A stretch of 64,000 bases of DNA from Polyangiaceae bacterium (lineage in GTDB: Bacteria > Myxococcota_A > Polyangia > Polyangiales > Polyangiaceae): contig JBNKBE010000012.1 in assembly GCA_050287085.1 (NCBI GenBank), forward strand, positions 64,001-128,000. Reading direction: 5' to 3'. The notes beneath the pieces are model-generated. The model searched no databases, had not been told where the DNA came from, and worked only from the letters and a program-made list of their open reading frames with translations. Both the position numbers and the translations under genes were made by a program. Shown here one piece after another: positions 45,792-56,671 of the stretch (positions are counted from its first letter, which is position 1; each line of letters begins with the position of its first letter).

Positions 45792-47027
45792 CTAGCCCTC
45801 GGCCGCGGGCTCACGCCGGCGGATCTCGACGCGTTCAACCCGGCGGGGACCGGCCGCTGTAACTTTGAACTCGACGTCGCGATGCGTCAACACTTCACCC
45901 ACCCGTGGCACCCTGCCGGCGAGTTCGAATAGGTACCCACCCAGGCTCACAGAATCGCTCTCGGCATCTTCCCAGTCCAGCGCCTCGAATACCTTACGCG
46001 TCTCCGCCCAACCACGGCAGATGAGCACGCCGTCGCTGCGTTTGACGATGAAAGTCGTGGCGCGATCGGTCTCATCCTCGATCTCTCCCACGATCTCCTC
46101 AAGGACGTCCTCTAGCGTGACCAAGCCTTGGGTTCCCCCATACTCGTCAACGACGATCGCCATGTGGCGACGTTCGGTGCGAAACAGCTCGAGCAGGCGT
46201 TCCAATGGTGCCGTTTCCGGAACAACGAGCGCCTTGTCGACAACCTGCTGCCAATCAACATCACCCGGTTGTTCATAAATCTGGAACAGTAGGGCCTTAG
46301 CAAGAACGATACCCGATATTTCGTCTGGATTGCCGCTTTCCGAAAAAGGAAAACGACTGTGTCCCAGCTGCTTGACTATTCGGAGGTTCTCTTCGAGCGA
46401 ACGGGTCGCAGACAGCATCGCCATGCCCCCGCGCGGCACCATCACATCGCGGGCGCGCAGCTTCCGCAAGTTGACCGCCCCCTCGATCATTTCTGCGACG
46501 CTCGGCAGAACCACCCCCTCGGTACTGCCCAAGGCCGCGAGCAAGCGCAGCTCCTCAGGCGACGTGATAGGAACCTCGTTGCCCGAACGCAGCCAGCCTG
46601 AAAGGAGTCGCGTCAGAAAGATCGGGATGCGCAAGACCCAAACGAAGAACTGAACTCCGTAGGCGACAGGGATAGCTAGCCGGGCCGCCAGCGCGACCCC
46701 CAAGGTCTTGGGCACGATCTCGGTGAACAGCAGAATCGAAACCGTGAAGACGGCCGTGAAGATCCAAAGCGGCGTTTGCGGAAAGACTTTGCCAAACGAA
46801 GCCCCCGCCACCATCGAGCCAGCGGTGTTGGCCACGGTGTTGAGGATCAGGATTGCCGCAATAGGAACGTCGATCTCGCGCTTGAACTTGCGCAGGATCC
46901 GCCCCGGACGACTGCTGCCCAGTGCTTCTACTTCCGAGTGTCGAACCGACAGCAATACCGCTTCGGAAATCGAACAAAGAAATGAGATCACCAGCGCGGT
47001 GACTACCGCGACGACGAATGCGAGCAT
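45792..47027 (-). CDS. Hemolysin/CNNM family protein (DUF21-CBS-CorC)
   Basis: SFLCSISEAVL, ILILNTVAN, EIVPK, HSRFP, VVDEYGGTQGLVTLEDVLEEIVGEIEDE. Confidence 0.92.
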   Translation of the reverse strand: MLAFVVAVVTALVISFLCSISEAVLLSVRHSEVEALGSSRPGRILRKFKREIDVPIAAILILNTVANTAGSMVAGASFGKVFPQTPLWIFTAVFTVSILLFTEIVPKTLGVALAARLAIPVAYGVQFFVWVLRIPIFLTRLLSGWLRSGNEVPITSPEELRLLAALGSTEGVVLPSVAEMIEGAVNLRKLRARDVMVPRGGMAMLSATRSLEENLRIVKQLGHSRFPFSESGNPDEISGIVLAKALLFQIYEQPGDVDWQQVVDKALVVPETAPLERLLELFRTERRHMAIVVDEYGGTQGLVTLEDVLEEIVGEIEDETDRATTFIVKRSDGVLICRGWAETRKVFEALDWEDAESDSVSLGGYLFELAGRVPRVGEVLTHRDVEFKVTAAGPRRVERVEIRRREPAAEG

Positions 47028-47148
47028 CTTTCGGTGATCTTACCAGAGCAAGACGCGATTCGGAGGCCGAATGCCTGAAGAATCACCGCAGAAGCGGGCT
47101 TGGGTCGCCGTCGATCCCAGCGCGGGCGCCCCGATCTACGCCTTTGAG

Positions 47149-48399
47149 CTATTTGGCTTGCGCCAGGCCGCGCATCACCTGTTGCTTCAATCGCTTGTTC
47201 TTGAGCGTCGTGTCGGCCACGGGAGCTGCTGGGGAGCGGACCCCTGATTCGCTCGAAGCGGCTGTTTCGGGCGCGGCGAAAGCTGGCTGGCCTGCTGCGA
47301 TGATGACCGGTGCCGGAGCGTTCATTCGCTGCCCGACCTGCACACCAAGTCCGGCGCCCAAGGCGGCGGCAAAAACCGCCACCACCGCGCGGGAAGGTGC
47401 GGGCAGCCCCAGGGCATCAACGACGCGACGCGGCAGTGAAACCCCGGCTTTGGCCATGGATTCGCGATGTTCAGCGCGCACCAGGGCAGGCAAGCGGTCC
47501 GTCGCGCGACGCCGCGGAGTGCGCCCCAACTCCTTGGGATCCGTCGACAAGCGTCGTGCGATGTCCGTCAAACGCAGGCACAGCTGTTCCGCCGATCGCA
47601 TGCGCCGATCACGGTCCTTCTGTAGACACAACTCGATGACCTCAGCCAACTCACGATCCAGCTGGGGCAGCAACTCCAACAGCGGTCGATGCGGGCTCGA
47701 CATTATGTCGACCATCAGGGCGTTGTAGTTCGTATTGCGAAACGGCAATTTTCCCGTCAGCGCTTGATACATCGAGACGCCCATCGACCAAACGTCGGTG
47801 CGAGCGTCCACGCTGCCCGCGCCCCGAGCCTGCTCCGGACTCATGAAGATGGGATTGCCGAGCACGGCACCACTTTGCGTGACGCTCTGCCCGTCGTAGT
47901 CGGGTCCGAGGGTCTTGCTCACTCCAAAGTCGAGGATCTTCGGGGTGATGGCGCCGTCTTTGCTACGGCATAAGAAGATGTTGTTGGTCGATAGATCACG
48001 ATGAATGACCCCAGCGTCGTGCGCCGCCTGCAGCGCCGAAGCGATCTGCGCGAAGTACGCAGCGGTCTTCAAGGGAGACAGAGCGCCCTCGCGCTCCACC
48101 AGGCTCTCCATCTCTTCGCCGTGCAACAACTCCATCACGATGAAGGGCGTGTTGTCCTGGCCCATGGCCACATCGTAGACATCGACGATGTGCGGATGCC
48201 GCAAGGTGCCGGTGGTTTTGGCCTCGCGCACAAAGCGGTCAAAAGCCTCTTGATTGCGGGCGAACTCCGGAAGCAAGAACTTGATGGCGAACTCACGGTT
48301 CGTAAGCTCGTTCAGCGCGGCCCAGACTTCCCCCATACCGCCCGTGCCCAAGGGGCGAATCAGGCGGTACCGTCCTGCGATGCGTTCTCCAGTGTTCAC
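47149..48399 (-). CDS. Hanks-type Ser/Thr protein kinase with C-terminal TM segment
   Basis: LGTGGMGEV, AIK, HRDLSTNN, DFG, G.P.FMSPEQ, DVWSMG. Confidence 0.94.
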   Translation of the reverse strand: MNTGERIAGRYRLIRPLGTGGMGEVWAALNELTNREFAIKFLLPEFARNQEAFDRFVREAKTTGTLRHPHIVDVYDVAMGQDNTPFIVMELLHGEEMESLVEREGALSPLKTAAYFAQIASALQAAHDAGVIHRDLSTNNIFLCRSKDGAITPKILDFGVSKTLGPDYDGQSVTQSGAVLGNPIFMSPEQARGAGSVDARTDVWSMGVSMYQALTGKLPFRNTNYNALMVDIMSSPHRPLLELLPQLDRELAEVIELCLQKDRDRRMRSAEQLCLRLTDIARRLSTDPKELGRTPRRRATDRLPALVRAEHRESMAKAGVSLPRRVVDALGLPAPSRAVVAVFAAALGAGLGVQVGQRMNAPAPVIIAAGQPAFAAPETAASSESGVRSPAAPVADTTLKNKRLKQQVMRGLAQAK

Positions 48400-48487
48400 G
48401 CCCGGACGCTAAGCAGGTTCGAGGGCACTGGGCCAACAAAGGGGTGCCTAATTATTGAACCGAGCCACGCGCCCAGGCACGAGGCTC

Positions 48488-49630
48488 CTAGCGGGCCGAG
48501 GCTGGCGCTCGGAGCTGCGCCTGCTGACGCTGCAGCAACTGGGCAACCATCCGAGAGCGCTCGACGGCAAATTGCTTGACGTCGCGCTGCGGTGAGGCGG
48601 AAAGCGCATTGAGAAGCTTGGTAACGCGCTCGATGTCTCGCGTTTGCATCAGCGCCTCAAAGTAGTTGTTCGCCAGGCGCACGTCGCGCACCATCTTGGA
48701 CTCGTGCGGGCGCAGCAACTCTATCACCTTGGGTAGCTCACCCTTCTGCCCATAGAGAGCCGATAGCGAAACGAGCGCCAGGCTGTTGTTGGAGTCACGC
48801 TCCACCGCTTTCTGAGCGAAAGCAAGCGCTCGCTCCCGGGAGTCTTCGCTGCCCGAAAATAGACTCTGGAGCGCGATGTAGGGTGCGGCGCTCTTTTTGT
48901 TCGGCTCGGCGGCGCCGAGGGCCTCGACTGCGGCGATGGCATCCTCCTCACCTGCAGCGTCCTTCGCCAAGCGGTAAAGAGATACCCACGCGTCGATGCA
49001 CTCCGGATCGGTGCTGATCGCCTTCTCTACCATCGTCCGAGCGCCGTCGGCGTCGCCCCGCTCTTTCTTGGCCCGGGCTAGGTGAAGCGCCGGGAATGGA
49101 CTCTGCGGCAACAGATTCAGGGCCCCATTGAGCGTGCCTTCGGCTTTCTCGCTCTGACCTGCAGCGAGCTGCGCCACCCCCAGCGCAAGCCAGTCCTCGC
49201 CCCCGCCGCCTCCGGCTACGAGCTTGGAGAGCACCGGCACGGCGTCCGCGGCCCGCCCATATTTCATGAGCTCCTGGGCGTAGATGCGGGCCCGTCCGAG
49301 ATCGGTGGGATTCTCCTGCCAGTGCTTCTCAAGCCCGGAAAGCAGATCGTTGAGCCCGATAGACAGGGGTCGCCCCTCATTGTCCGTGACCTGCACTGCG
49401 GGCCCGTTGAACCCAAGCAGCTCCCACATCTGATCGGGAGTCACGGCAAAAGGCCCGTCGTTGAGCTTCGCGACGAGCTCGTCGGTAGGCTTTTTGACCG
49501 GAAGAACAATCAGCGCGTTGGGGGGAACCCCCCCTGGAAACGCCCCAATCGGCGCCACGATCGCGGCGCCACCCTGAATCTGCAGACTCGCACCGACCGT
49601 CGCAGCGCCCGGGCTCTTTTCATCGCTCAT
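48488..49630 (-). CDS. TPR-repeat protein
   Basis: Repeated helical patterns (DWLALGVAQL, AWVSLY, ALVSLSALY); start ATG 49630. Confidence 0.75.
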   Translation of the reverse strand: MSDEKSPGAATVGASLQIQGGAAIVAPIGAFPGGVPPNALIVLPVKKPTDELVAKLNDGPFAVTPDQMWELLGFNGPAVQVTDNEGRPLSIGLNDLLSGLEKHWQENPTDLGRARIYAQELMKYGRAADAVPVLSKLVAGGGGGEDWLALGVAQLAAGQSEKAEGTLNGALNLLPQSPFPALHLARAKKERGDADGARTMVEKAISTDPECIDAWVSLYRLAKDAAGEEDAIAAVEALGAAEPNKKSAAPYIALQSLFSGSEDSRERALAFAQKAVERDSNNSLALVSLSALYGQKGELPKVIELLRPHESKMVRDVRLANNYFEALMQTRDIERVTKLLNALSASPQRDVKQFAVERSRMVAQLLQRQQAQLRAPASAR

Positions 49631-49861
49631 GCCACGCCTGTTAGCAGTGGCCCGAAAGGGCGGCAACCTGCAGGACCAAGCCAACCGGCAAATCTTGTGT
49701 TTCACCCCTGAACACCGGCCGGAAAACTACAGGCGGACCTCCCTATCGAGAGCCCCGAGCGGGCTACTGCTAGCCCGGCGAAGACACGCTTTCGACCCTA
49801 CTCGCGCTGAATGCCGAGGCTGCGCTAGCGGTCCATGGGGGGGGAGGCTATACCTAACGCA

Positions 49862-50896
49862 ATGAGCGGCGTCGCCAATGTCCTTATCGCCATCCTGGGT
49901 CTGGCGGTGCTAATGGTGGTTCACGAATGCGGGCATCTGTTCGCTGCACGGGCGTTCAAGCTACGTGTGGTCCGCTTCAGTATCGGCTTTGGTCCAGCCC
50001 TTTGGCGAGTCCAAGCTCGGGGCAGCGAAACCGAGTACCAAATCGCCCTGATTCCGTTCATGGCCTATGTCCAAGTGGCGGGCATGAACCCTTTCGAAGA
50101 GGTCGAGCCAGACGATGAAGGCAGCTACGCAAACGCCAGCCTGACCGCCCGGATCAGCACCGTAATCGGCGGACCGCTTGCCAACTATCTATTTGCCTCC
50201 GTGCTGATGTTCGCCGCGTTCATGGCGTTTGGCGAACCCAATTTGCAATCCACTGTTGTCGACGTCCACCCCGACACCGCTGCGGAAGCAGCTCAGATGC
50301 AAACGGGGGACAAGATAGTTCAGTTGGGTGACCAGACGATCGAGAGCTTCGCAGACCTGCGTGACGTCGTGCTGCAGAACGCTGGCACTCCCCTCAAGAT
50401 GCTCGTGCAACGCGAGGGGCGCGAAGTTGCCCTGACAATCACGCCTCGTCCGACGGGCAAGGACGGCGCCGGCCAAATCGGTGTCAGTCCTACCCCGCAG
50501 TACGAACCCATTGCGTTCGGGGAAGCGGTCAGCCGCGCCATCGCTTTTCCCGCCGAAGTGGTGGAGCAACTGGTTGTCGGGCTGGTTCGAATGATCGCTC
50601 AAAAGGCTAAGCCCGACGTGAGCGGTCCAGTCGGGATCGTCAAAGCGGGGGCGGAGATGGTGAAGGCTGGCCCCTATGAGATCTTGTACTTCTTTGGGAT
50701 GCTGAGCGCTTATCTCGGAGGGTTCAACCTACTGCCTTTTCCCGGGCTGGATGGAGGCCGGCTGGCATTCCTTGGCTATGAGGCAGTCGCGAGGCGACGA
50801 CCGAACGCCAAAGTGGAGGCCCAAATTCACGCCTTTGGCTTGTTGATGTTCCTCGCCCTGATCGCGGTCGTTACCGTGCAGGACTTCCAGCGCTGA
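49862..50896 (+). CDS. rseP: RIP metalloprotease RseP (M50 with PDZ)
   Basis: HECGH, FSIGFGP, GGPLANY, PDZ (GDKIV), NLLPFPGLDGG. Confidence 0.92.
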   Translation: MSGVANVLIAILGLAVLMVVHECGHLFAARAFKLRVVRFSIGFGPALWRVQARGSETEYQIALIPFMAYVQVAGMNPFEEVEPDDEGSYANASLTARISTVIGGPLANYLFASVLMFAAFMAFGEPNLQSTVVDVHPDTAAEAAQMQTGDKIVQLGDQTIESFADLRDVVLQNAGTPLKMLVQREGREVALTITPRPTGKDGAGQIGVSPTPQYEPIAFGEAVSRAIAFPAEVVEQLVVGLVRMIAQKAKPDVSGPVGIVKAGAEMVKAGPYEILYFFGMLSAYLGGFNLLPFPGLDGGRLAFLGYEAVARRRPNAKVEAQIHAFGLLMFLALIAVVTVQDFQR

Positions 50897-50944
50897 AGCG
50901 GCGGTCTCGACCGGCTCGCGACTGACATCCCCATCCGCGGGCCC

Positions 50945-51478
50945 CTACTCCTGCTGGAGGGTCAGCTCGATCGGGTCGGCGTAGGGATAGCCACACTCCT
51001 CCCGATGTCGGAGTTTCGGCTTGAACGTGACTGCAGCATACCCGTTCGGCTCGAGCAGGAGCTCTACCGCCTGATCCAGCTCCGGATCGTACCAGCCGAC
51101 AAGGGTGTATTGGCACCTTTCCTCGTCATAGAGCAGATTGGTCAGGTCATTGAAACCCGCGTCGCGGTCGGCAGGCGCGTGACTGGCACCAATACGTGCG
51201 TTGCTGATCTCGAAGGCCGGTCGCGGGCGCCCTCGACCCGAACTCTTGAGACAGACGGGCTGCCCCTCTTCGTCGACCAAAGTGACGGCAATCGGATCCG
51301 CATCGAACGTGTAGAGCTCGCACTCGCCATCGGGACGCCCGCAGGCGCTCGTCAGGAGCGCAGAAGGCAACACAACAAGAGCAGCCAGTACGACCGACCA
51401 CGACTCCTTGGGCTGCGGACAAAGCCCGCTACATCGCTGCGCAGCGCTCTTCTGCGAATGACTTGGCACAGGTCCCAT
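50945..51478 (-). CDS. Hypothetical Cys-containing lipoprotein
   Basis: Lipobox-like TSAC after a hydrophobic stretch; begins 3 nt after the receptor stop. Confidence 0.55.
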   Translation of the reverse strand: MGPVPSHSQKSAAQRCSGLCPQPKESWSVVLAALVVLPSALLTSACGRPDGECELYTFDADPIAVTLVDEEGQPVCLKSSGRGRPRPAFEISNARIGASHAPADRDAGFNDLTNLLYDEERCQYTLVGWYDPELDQAVELLLEPNGYAAVTFKPKLRHREECGYPYADPIELTLQQE

Positions 51479-51481
51479 TGC

Positions 51482-54400
51482 TCAATAACTCCAGCTTGCG
51501 TTCAGACTGATAACCCGTCCGCGCAGAAACGCCGCCCGCAGCAAGGTCACGTCATCTTTCGTTTGGGTGAGACGTTGCCGCGGGTTGATCAGATTCTGAG
51601 CCTTGAGCCCAAGACGCCAGCGATCGAGCGCGTACGACGTGACGAAATCCAAGCGATGGAAGGGCTCCTCAACGGCATCCGGAATCCCCTGCGCTCCCGG
51701 CAGCATGATGCGCGGACCGAACACGTTGTACAGTAGCGAAGCGGTGAGCCCCTGGCTGTCGACAGTACCGTCGTACTCCAAGGTCGCGTTCAACACATAG
51801 GGAGATTGCCCCTGTAGCGGCCGTTTGGGATTGGTCGCCACCGCAGAAGCCTCCCCCTCCTTGTCAGTCTGAAGCTCGATTTCCGATTGGATCAGCGCCA
51901 GGTTTCCGCTGCCGGTGAGTCGGCGCCCCCACTCCCCCAAGAAAGCCAACGACTTCCGTGCTTCTAGCTCCACGCCGACGTTGGTTGCGCGCTTTGAGTT
52001 TCGCCAGGTCCAAACCTTGCCTGCGCCGCCCAAGAGCAGGAGCTCAATGGGCCGATTGAAGTCCTTGTAGAACGCGCCAACGCTCACGCTCTCGTCGGGA
52101 GACGGGTACCACTCCCACCGCACGTCGTAGTTGCGAATGAGCGCGCGTTCGAGCTCGGGAGTACCCCGCAGCGTGATTCCGGCCTTCACGTCGACAGCGC
52201 GAGAAAGGGATATTTCTCTAAAATCCGGACGCGACACCGTTACGCCGAAGCCTCCGCGCAGCTGCATGTCCTCTAAAAAGCGCCAGGTTGCGGTCGATGC
52301 GGGGAGCAAGTCCAAGTTGTCGAGACGTGCCGTGGTTCGCACTTCCGGGTTGAATTGGTCGTAGCTCTCGGTGATCTGCAGCGCGCGCTCCACCCGCAGA
52401 CCCGCCATGACGTCCAGGTCGTCAAAGAGCGTGCTTGTCTGCATGATGTAGGCTGCAACAATCGACATTCGCGACTGGTACGTATCAGAACCGCCGCCCA
52501 GCGGATCGGATTGGGTCGCCTCTTCCAAGACAAACCCTTCAGGGTCGATGCGCTCCCGAGACAGTACCTGGTCCGGCAATTGGCTGCGATATCCGAGCCC
52601 GGAGAGCTGGCCCCGCCCACTCGACTTGAATTGAAAGCGGCGCCCCCCCACGTCGCGCGTACGCTCGCTAACCCGTCCGCCCAACGCCGGAGTAAACTTC
52701 CAGACCTCGCCAAACTGAAAAGGCCACTGAAAATCCAGCGCACCCTCCGACATCTTATCCTCGAGGTCCGCAAAGAAGCGCTGCGAAGTTCCCGCATCAG
52801 GTTCGAGAACGTAAACCTGAGCGTTGGTCGACGCCAGATATCGGCGGCGGTCGGGTTGGTCGCGCTCCGCGAGAGAATAGCCTGCGCGCCAACTCAATTT
52901 CGGCGCGCGCGCCACCTCGTCCTTGTCTTCCGCCAACGAGAAGCTGTGTTCACCTGTCAACTGCTGTGTGAAGAGCTGCCGCTCGATCCAATCCAACTGA
53001 TAGGTGCGGAATAGATCGCTCTCCTCGTCAACGCCGTCGAGGCGCAGCGCGGAAAACTCCGACATTCGCAGCACCAAGGTGTTGGCCTCGATTCGCTGGT
53101 TGTTCGCCGGCTCAGCCCCTAGCACCAACATTCCGCCGCTATTGACCTCGTAGCCCGTCTCCTCGATGGCGTAGTTGGCGCCATTATAGATGAGAGCCTC
53201 TCGGTCGTCGTTAGTGGGCAGCACTTCGCGCAAGAACGAGCGCGTCTGCGAAAAGTTGCGCCGATAGAAGGCGCTCGCCATCACCCCCACGGGAAAGCCG
53301 ATGTCGAAACGATCGCCAACACTGACGCCCAGGGAGTGGTTGAACGGGACGGTTTGCCGAAAGAGCTGATAATTCGGCTCAAAGGAATCCCCCAGCGCCT
53401 CCAATTCCTCCGCTGAACCGTCAAACGCCCGAACACTGGGGGTCTGCGCAATGGCTTTGGGCAGCGCGCGAGTGCCGTCATCAAAGCCCAGCCAGTCAGT
53501 GCCGGAACCGCGATAGCTGAGACCGTCGGTCAACGTAGCGACGGAATTGTAGCCAAGCGACGCGTTGATCGTGAACAGGAACTGCTCGGGAATGGAACGC
53601 GTGCGCAGCTGGACTGCGCCGCCCCCGAACTCGCCGGGCATTTCTGGCGAATAGGTCTTCTGAACGACCACACTCTGAAGAATGCTCGACGGAAAGAGGT
53701 CGAGCGGCACGACGCGGCGTTCCGGCTCAGGGCTGGGCAGATTGAGTCCGTTGAGCAACGTGCTCGAATAGCGCTCGCCCATGCCGCGCACATAGACGTA
53801 CTTGCCCCCGACCAGTGTGAGCCCAGTAACCCTCTTGAGCGCTGCAGCGGCCGACGTGTCGCCACTCTTGGCCATCTGTTCCGAGCCAATCACGTCCGCG
53901 ACAGCAGTACTTTCGCGGCGTGTTGCCGTCAGCTCTGCGACACCGCCTTGGATAAACGGAGCGGTGACGACGAAGTCGTCAAGCTGCAAGGACGCCGGAG
54001 ACAGCTTCACGGTGGTACTCACCGTACGATCCTTTGCTACCTCAACCTCATCACTGGTCTGGGTCGAGAATTTCGCGTGCACCACGGACACCGCGCGTTT
54101 ACCCACTGGCACCCGAACTGAAAAGCGCCCGGCTGCATCCGTAATGCCCTCGACGCTGACGCCCCTGACAAAGACCCGAGCGCCCGCGACGGGGGTGTCA
54201 TCTTCATCCGAAAGCACCACGCCCGTTAGCGTGCCAAACTCAACAATCTCTGGCTTCTCGCTCTTCTCAGGTACGGCGGCTTCAGCCGTTGGCCGTTCGG
54301 CAAAGGCCGATTCGACGTCTGGCTGCCCAATCAAGCCACCCGGGCCAACGCGAAAGATGACCGAGGGTACATCCCGTTCGTGAAGCTCCAGTTCGAAGGT

Positions 54401-54763
54401 CGACGTGCCACCGCCCGTTGTCGAAGGCAACTGGATGGTGAAGCGCCGTGCTCCGATGGGCGGCACAAGGCGAAGCGAGCCAAACTCATCCGTGACGGCG
54501 CTTTGCCCCGTATCCGCTGTGACCCTCACCCCCGCGACAATGGCGCCTTCCTCGGGTACGAATACCATCAGAATTTCGCCTAGCGCCCCCGGCTCGGACG
54601 CGACATCGGCTGCATCTGGGGCGTCAGCGCTAGCCGCCACATCTTGAGCACGTGCTGCAAATGCCCAACCTAACGTAAGCCCGAGAGCTGTTGTGAAAGC
54701 TCCTACGCGGTGGACTCGAAGGGCAAGACTATCCCGCCTGCGGCGTTGCACAGTTTCGTTCAT
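51482..54763 (-). CDS. TonB-dependent receptor with N-terminal carboxypeptidase-regulatory-like domains
   Basis: Signal peptide; TDAAGRF; plug AAALKRVTG...VYVRGMGERY, VVPLDLFP; barrel RPDFRE, YDVRWEWY, LQGQSPY; terminal SWSY. Confidence 0.93.
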   Translation of the reverse strand: MNETVQRRRRDSLALRVHRVGAFTTALGLTLGWAFAARAQDVAASADAPDAADVASEPGALGEILMVFVPEEGAIVAGVRVTADTGQSAVTDEFGSLRLVPPIGARRFTIQLPSTTGGGTSTFELELHERDVPSVIFRVGPGGLIGQPDVESAFAERPTAEAAVPEKSEKPEIVEFGTLTGVVLSDEDDTPVAGARVFVRGVSVEGITDAAGRFSVRVPVGKRAVSVVHAKFSTQTSDEVEVAKDRTVSTTVKLSPASLQLDDFVVTAPFIQGGVAELTATRRESTAVADVIGSEQMAKSGDTSAAAALKRVTGLTLVGGKYVYVRGMGERYSSTLLNGLNLPSPEPERRVVPLDLFPSSILQSVVVQKTYSPEMPGEFGGGAVQLRTRSIPEQFLFTINASLGYNSVATLTDGLSYRGSGTDWLGFDDGTRALPKAIAQTPSVRAFDGSAEELEALGDSFEPNYQLFRQTVPFNHSLGVSVGDRFDIGFPVGVMASAFYRRNFSQTRSFLREVLPTNDDREALIYNGANYAIEETGYEVNSGGMLVLGAEPANNQRIEANTLVLRMSEFSALRLDGVDEESDLFRTYQLDWIERQLFTQQLTGEHSFSLAEDKDEVARAPKLSWRAGYSLAERDQPDRRRYLASTNAQVYVLEPDAGTSQRFFADLEDKMSEGALDFQWPFQFGEVWKFTPALGGRVSERTRDVGGRRFQFKSSGRGQLSGLGYRSQLPDQVLSRERIDPEGFVLEEATQSDPLGGGSDTYQSRMSIVAAYIMQTSTLFDDLDVMAGLRVERALQITESYDQFNPEVRTTARLDNLDLLPASTATWRFLEDMQLRGGFGVTVSRPDFREISLSRAVDVKAGITLRGTPELERALIRNYDVRWEWYPSPDESVSVGAFYKDFNRPIELLLLGGAGKVWTWRNSKRATNVGVELEARKSLAFLGEWGRRLTGSGNLALIQSEIELQTDKEGEASAVATNPKRPLQGQSPYVLNATLEYDGTVDSQGLTASLLYNVFGPRIMLPGAQGIPDAVEEPFHRLDFVTSYALDRWRLGLKAQNLINPRQRLTQTKDDVTLLRAAFLRGRVISLNASWSY

Positions 54764-54815
54764 GGCTCAAGTCAAGTGCGAGCGACGGCCATAGGCCTTG
54801 CCGCGATTCTGCGTG

Positions 54816-56012
54816 TTAGGGGTTGCACTCCCAGCCGGCTGCCTTGCACGCTGCCATGGCCTTCCGCAGCTGGAGTGCAGCTTCAAAAACTTCAGGACTC
54901 TTGATCGCCTTGAGCTGCTCTTCAGCCTCGGCAAAGCGCTGCGTCTTGTGAAAAGCGTAGGCCAACGCGTAGCGGACATTGTCGTCCGAAAGCAACCCTA
55001 GACGCTTGAGTTTGGGCAACATCGCCGCGACGGATTCGTAGCGCTCCGAGGCCAGCACAAGTGCCAGCCGCTGTTTGGTCTTCGCCTTCTGATCGCTGAC
55101 GCGGGTATTGAGGAACATCGCGCGGTCAACCAAGCCAGCCTGCTTGTACACCTCTGCCGCCTCCAGGGTATACTTGGGGTCTACGCGGGCCGCCGCCTCA
55201 AAGAGCATACCCGCCGTTACCGGGTGCCCCGCGTCCAGATAGGCATGAGCCAACTGCAAGGCCACGCGCTCGCTCTCTGGAAAGCGCAGTCGCGCCCCTT
55301 CCAGGACTAGTTGGGCCTTTGCGTATTGCCCGGCCGCACGCAGCGCCTCGCCAACCGCAACGTAATCGTCCTCTCGGATACCCGAGCGAGCCAAGTAGCT
55401 ATCACTGACGTCGGCCGCGGCCTGATAGAGCCCCATGTCGATGAGATAGAACAGCGCACGTCGATCGAGCTCGGCCGAATCCGCAAAACGCTTGCGACCC
55501 GCATCGAGCATGCTCAGTGCTTGTACCTTCTGGTCGAGCTTCCAATGAGCTTCGGTGCGCAGCAAGTAGATGGCCGCGCTCTTTTCTGCCTCTGCTCCAG
55601 CGCGGGCAAACGCCGCTAGCGCCTGCTCGTATTCCTCAAGTCGGAAGTGCGCCTGACCCAAGTAGAGAAAGACATCCTTCTTTTGGGTGCCCAGCTTGAT
55701 CGTCTGCTGCAGATCGTCTCGCGCCTGCTTTGCGTTGCCCTGCTGCAGATGCGATATGCCTCGCAACAAGTAGAACCGCTTCTTGTCCGTAGCTGAGTCG
55801 TTCAAATCGGCGTCAGCGAGAACCCTAAGAGCGCGATCGAAGTGCTGTCCGGCGACCATGCGTGCTGCGAGGTCGACGTAGTCTATCTTCGGGCCGTCGT
55901 CAGCCTGCGTCTTGCTTTCCTCCGCCGCCAACGCGGAAGCAGCCATAGGTCCCATCGACAACGCCAAGAAGAGCAGCCATCGGTGACTTCCAGATATGCG
56001 AAAACGCTTCAT
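54816..56012 (-). CDS. Periplasmic TPR protein (TtpD-like position)
   Basis: Signal peptide ending ALA; multiple TPR helices; follows tonB. Confidence 0.82.
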   Translation of the reverse strand: MKRFRISGSHRWLLFLALSMGPMAASALAAEESKTQADDGPKIDYVDLAARMVAGQHFDRALRVLADADLNDSATDKKRFYLLRGISHLQQGNAKQARDDLQQTIKLGTQKKDVFLYLGQAHFRLEEYEQALAAFARAGAEAEKSAAIYLLRTEAHWKLDQKVQALSMLDAGRKRFADSAELDRRALFYLIDMGLYQAAADVSDSYLARSGIREDDYVAVGEALRAAGQYAKAQLVLEGARLRFPESERVALQLAHAYLDAGHPVTAGMLFEAAARVDPKYTLEAAEVYKQAGLVDRAMFLNTRVSDQKAKTKQRLALVLASERYESVAAMLPKLKRLGLLSDDNVRYALAYAFHKTQRFAEAEEQLKAIKSPEVFEAALQLRKAMAACKAAGWECNP

Positions 56013-56017
56013 CACTC

Positions 56018-56668
56018 TTAACTCTTCTGCAACTTGAAGACGATCTTCTGCTTCATCCACGTGGTTTGCGCTTGATTCTGGTACTGCGCAGGTTGGAATT
56101 CCCACTCGGATAGCGCTTGCTTTGCTGCGTCGTCGAAGGTCCCCTTCGGGCTTGCGTCCAACACCTTCATCCGGCCTACACGCCCGTCTGCCATCACCTC
56201 GAAGTTGATGAGCACGTAGCCTTCAACCCCACGCTTGCGCGCTTCCGCGGGATAGGCCGCCCGAACACGCCTCAGGGCTTTGGCGGGTTCGTCCACAGCG
56301 TCGGCGGTCATCGCGCCGTCCTTGGAAAAGGTGCCCACGACGTCGGCGGAAACGGCGCCAAGACTCAAACCCTCGAGCCCCCCCATACTGAAGCTCGCTC
56401 CAGAGATATTGGCAGCAAGGTTGGGGGCTCGAGCTGCCGGCGTTGTTCTGGGCTTCGCTTTCGGCTTCGGACGGGGCTTCTGCCTCTGCTTCTTCTTTGG
56501 CGGCTTCTTCTGCTCGACTTTGAACTCGACCGCCTGCAGACCCTTTTCCTTTTCCGGCGGCGGGCGGTCCTTGTTCATTACAAACACAACAAGGAAGACA
56601 CCCAGCGCACCAGCCCCCATCGTGAGGGTTGCAATCAAGTGCTGCACAAGGGTCCGAGAGCGATGCAT
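56018..56668 (-). CDS. tonB: Energy transducer TonB
   Basis: N-terminal TM, K/P-rich spacer, YPAEARKRGVEGYV...V..DGRV, FD.AA..A...W.FQPA. Confidence 0.92.
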   Translation of the reverse strand: MHRSRTLVQHLIATLTMGAGALGVFLVVFVMNKDRPPPEKEKGLQAVEFKVEQKKPPKKKQRQKPRPKPKAKPRTTPAARAPNLAANISGASFSMGGLEGLSLGAVSADVVGTFSKDGAMTADAVDEPAKALRRVRAAYPAEARKRGVEGYVLINFEVMADGRVGRMKVLDASPKGTFDDAAKQALSEWEFQPAQYQNQAQTTWMKQKIVFKLQKS

Positions 56669-56671
56669 GGC

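Noticed and set aside
47975..48005. Kinase catalytic loop HRDLSTNN lacking Lys, suggesting a pseudokinase
   Set aside because: HRD, Asn, DFG and the AIK lysine are intact, and Ser at this position is common in myxobacterial kinases.
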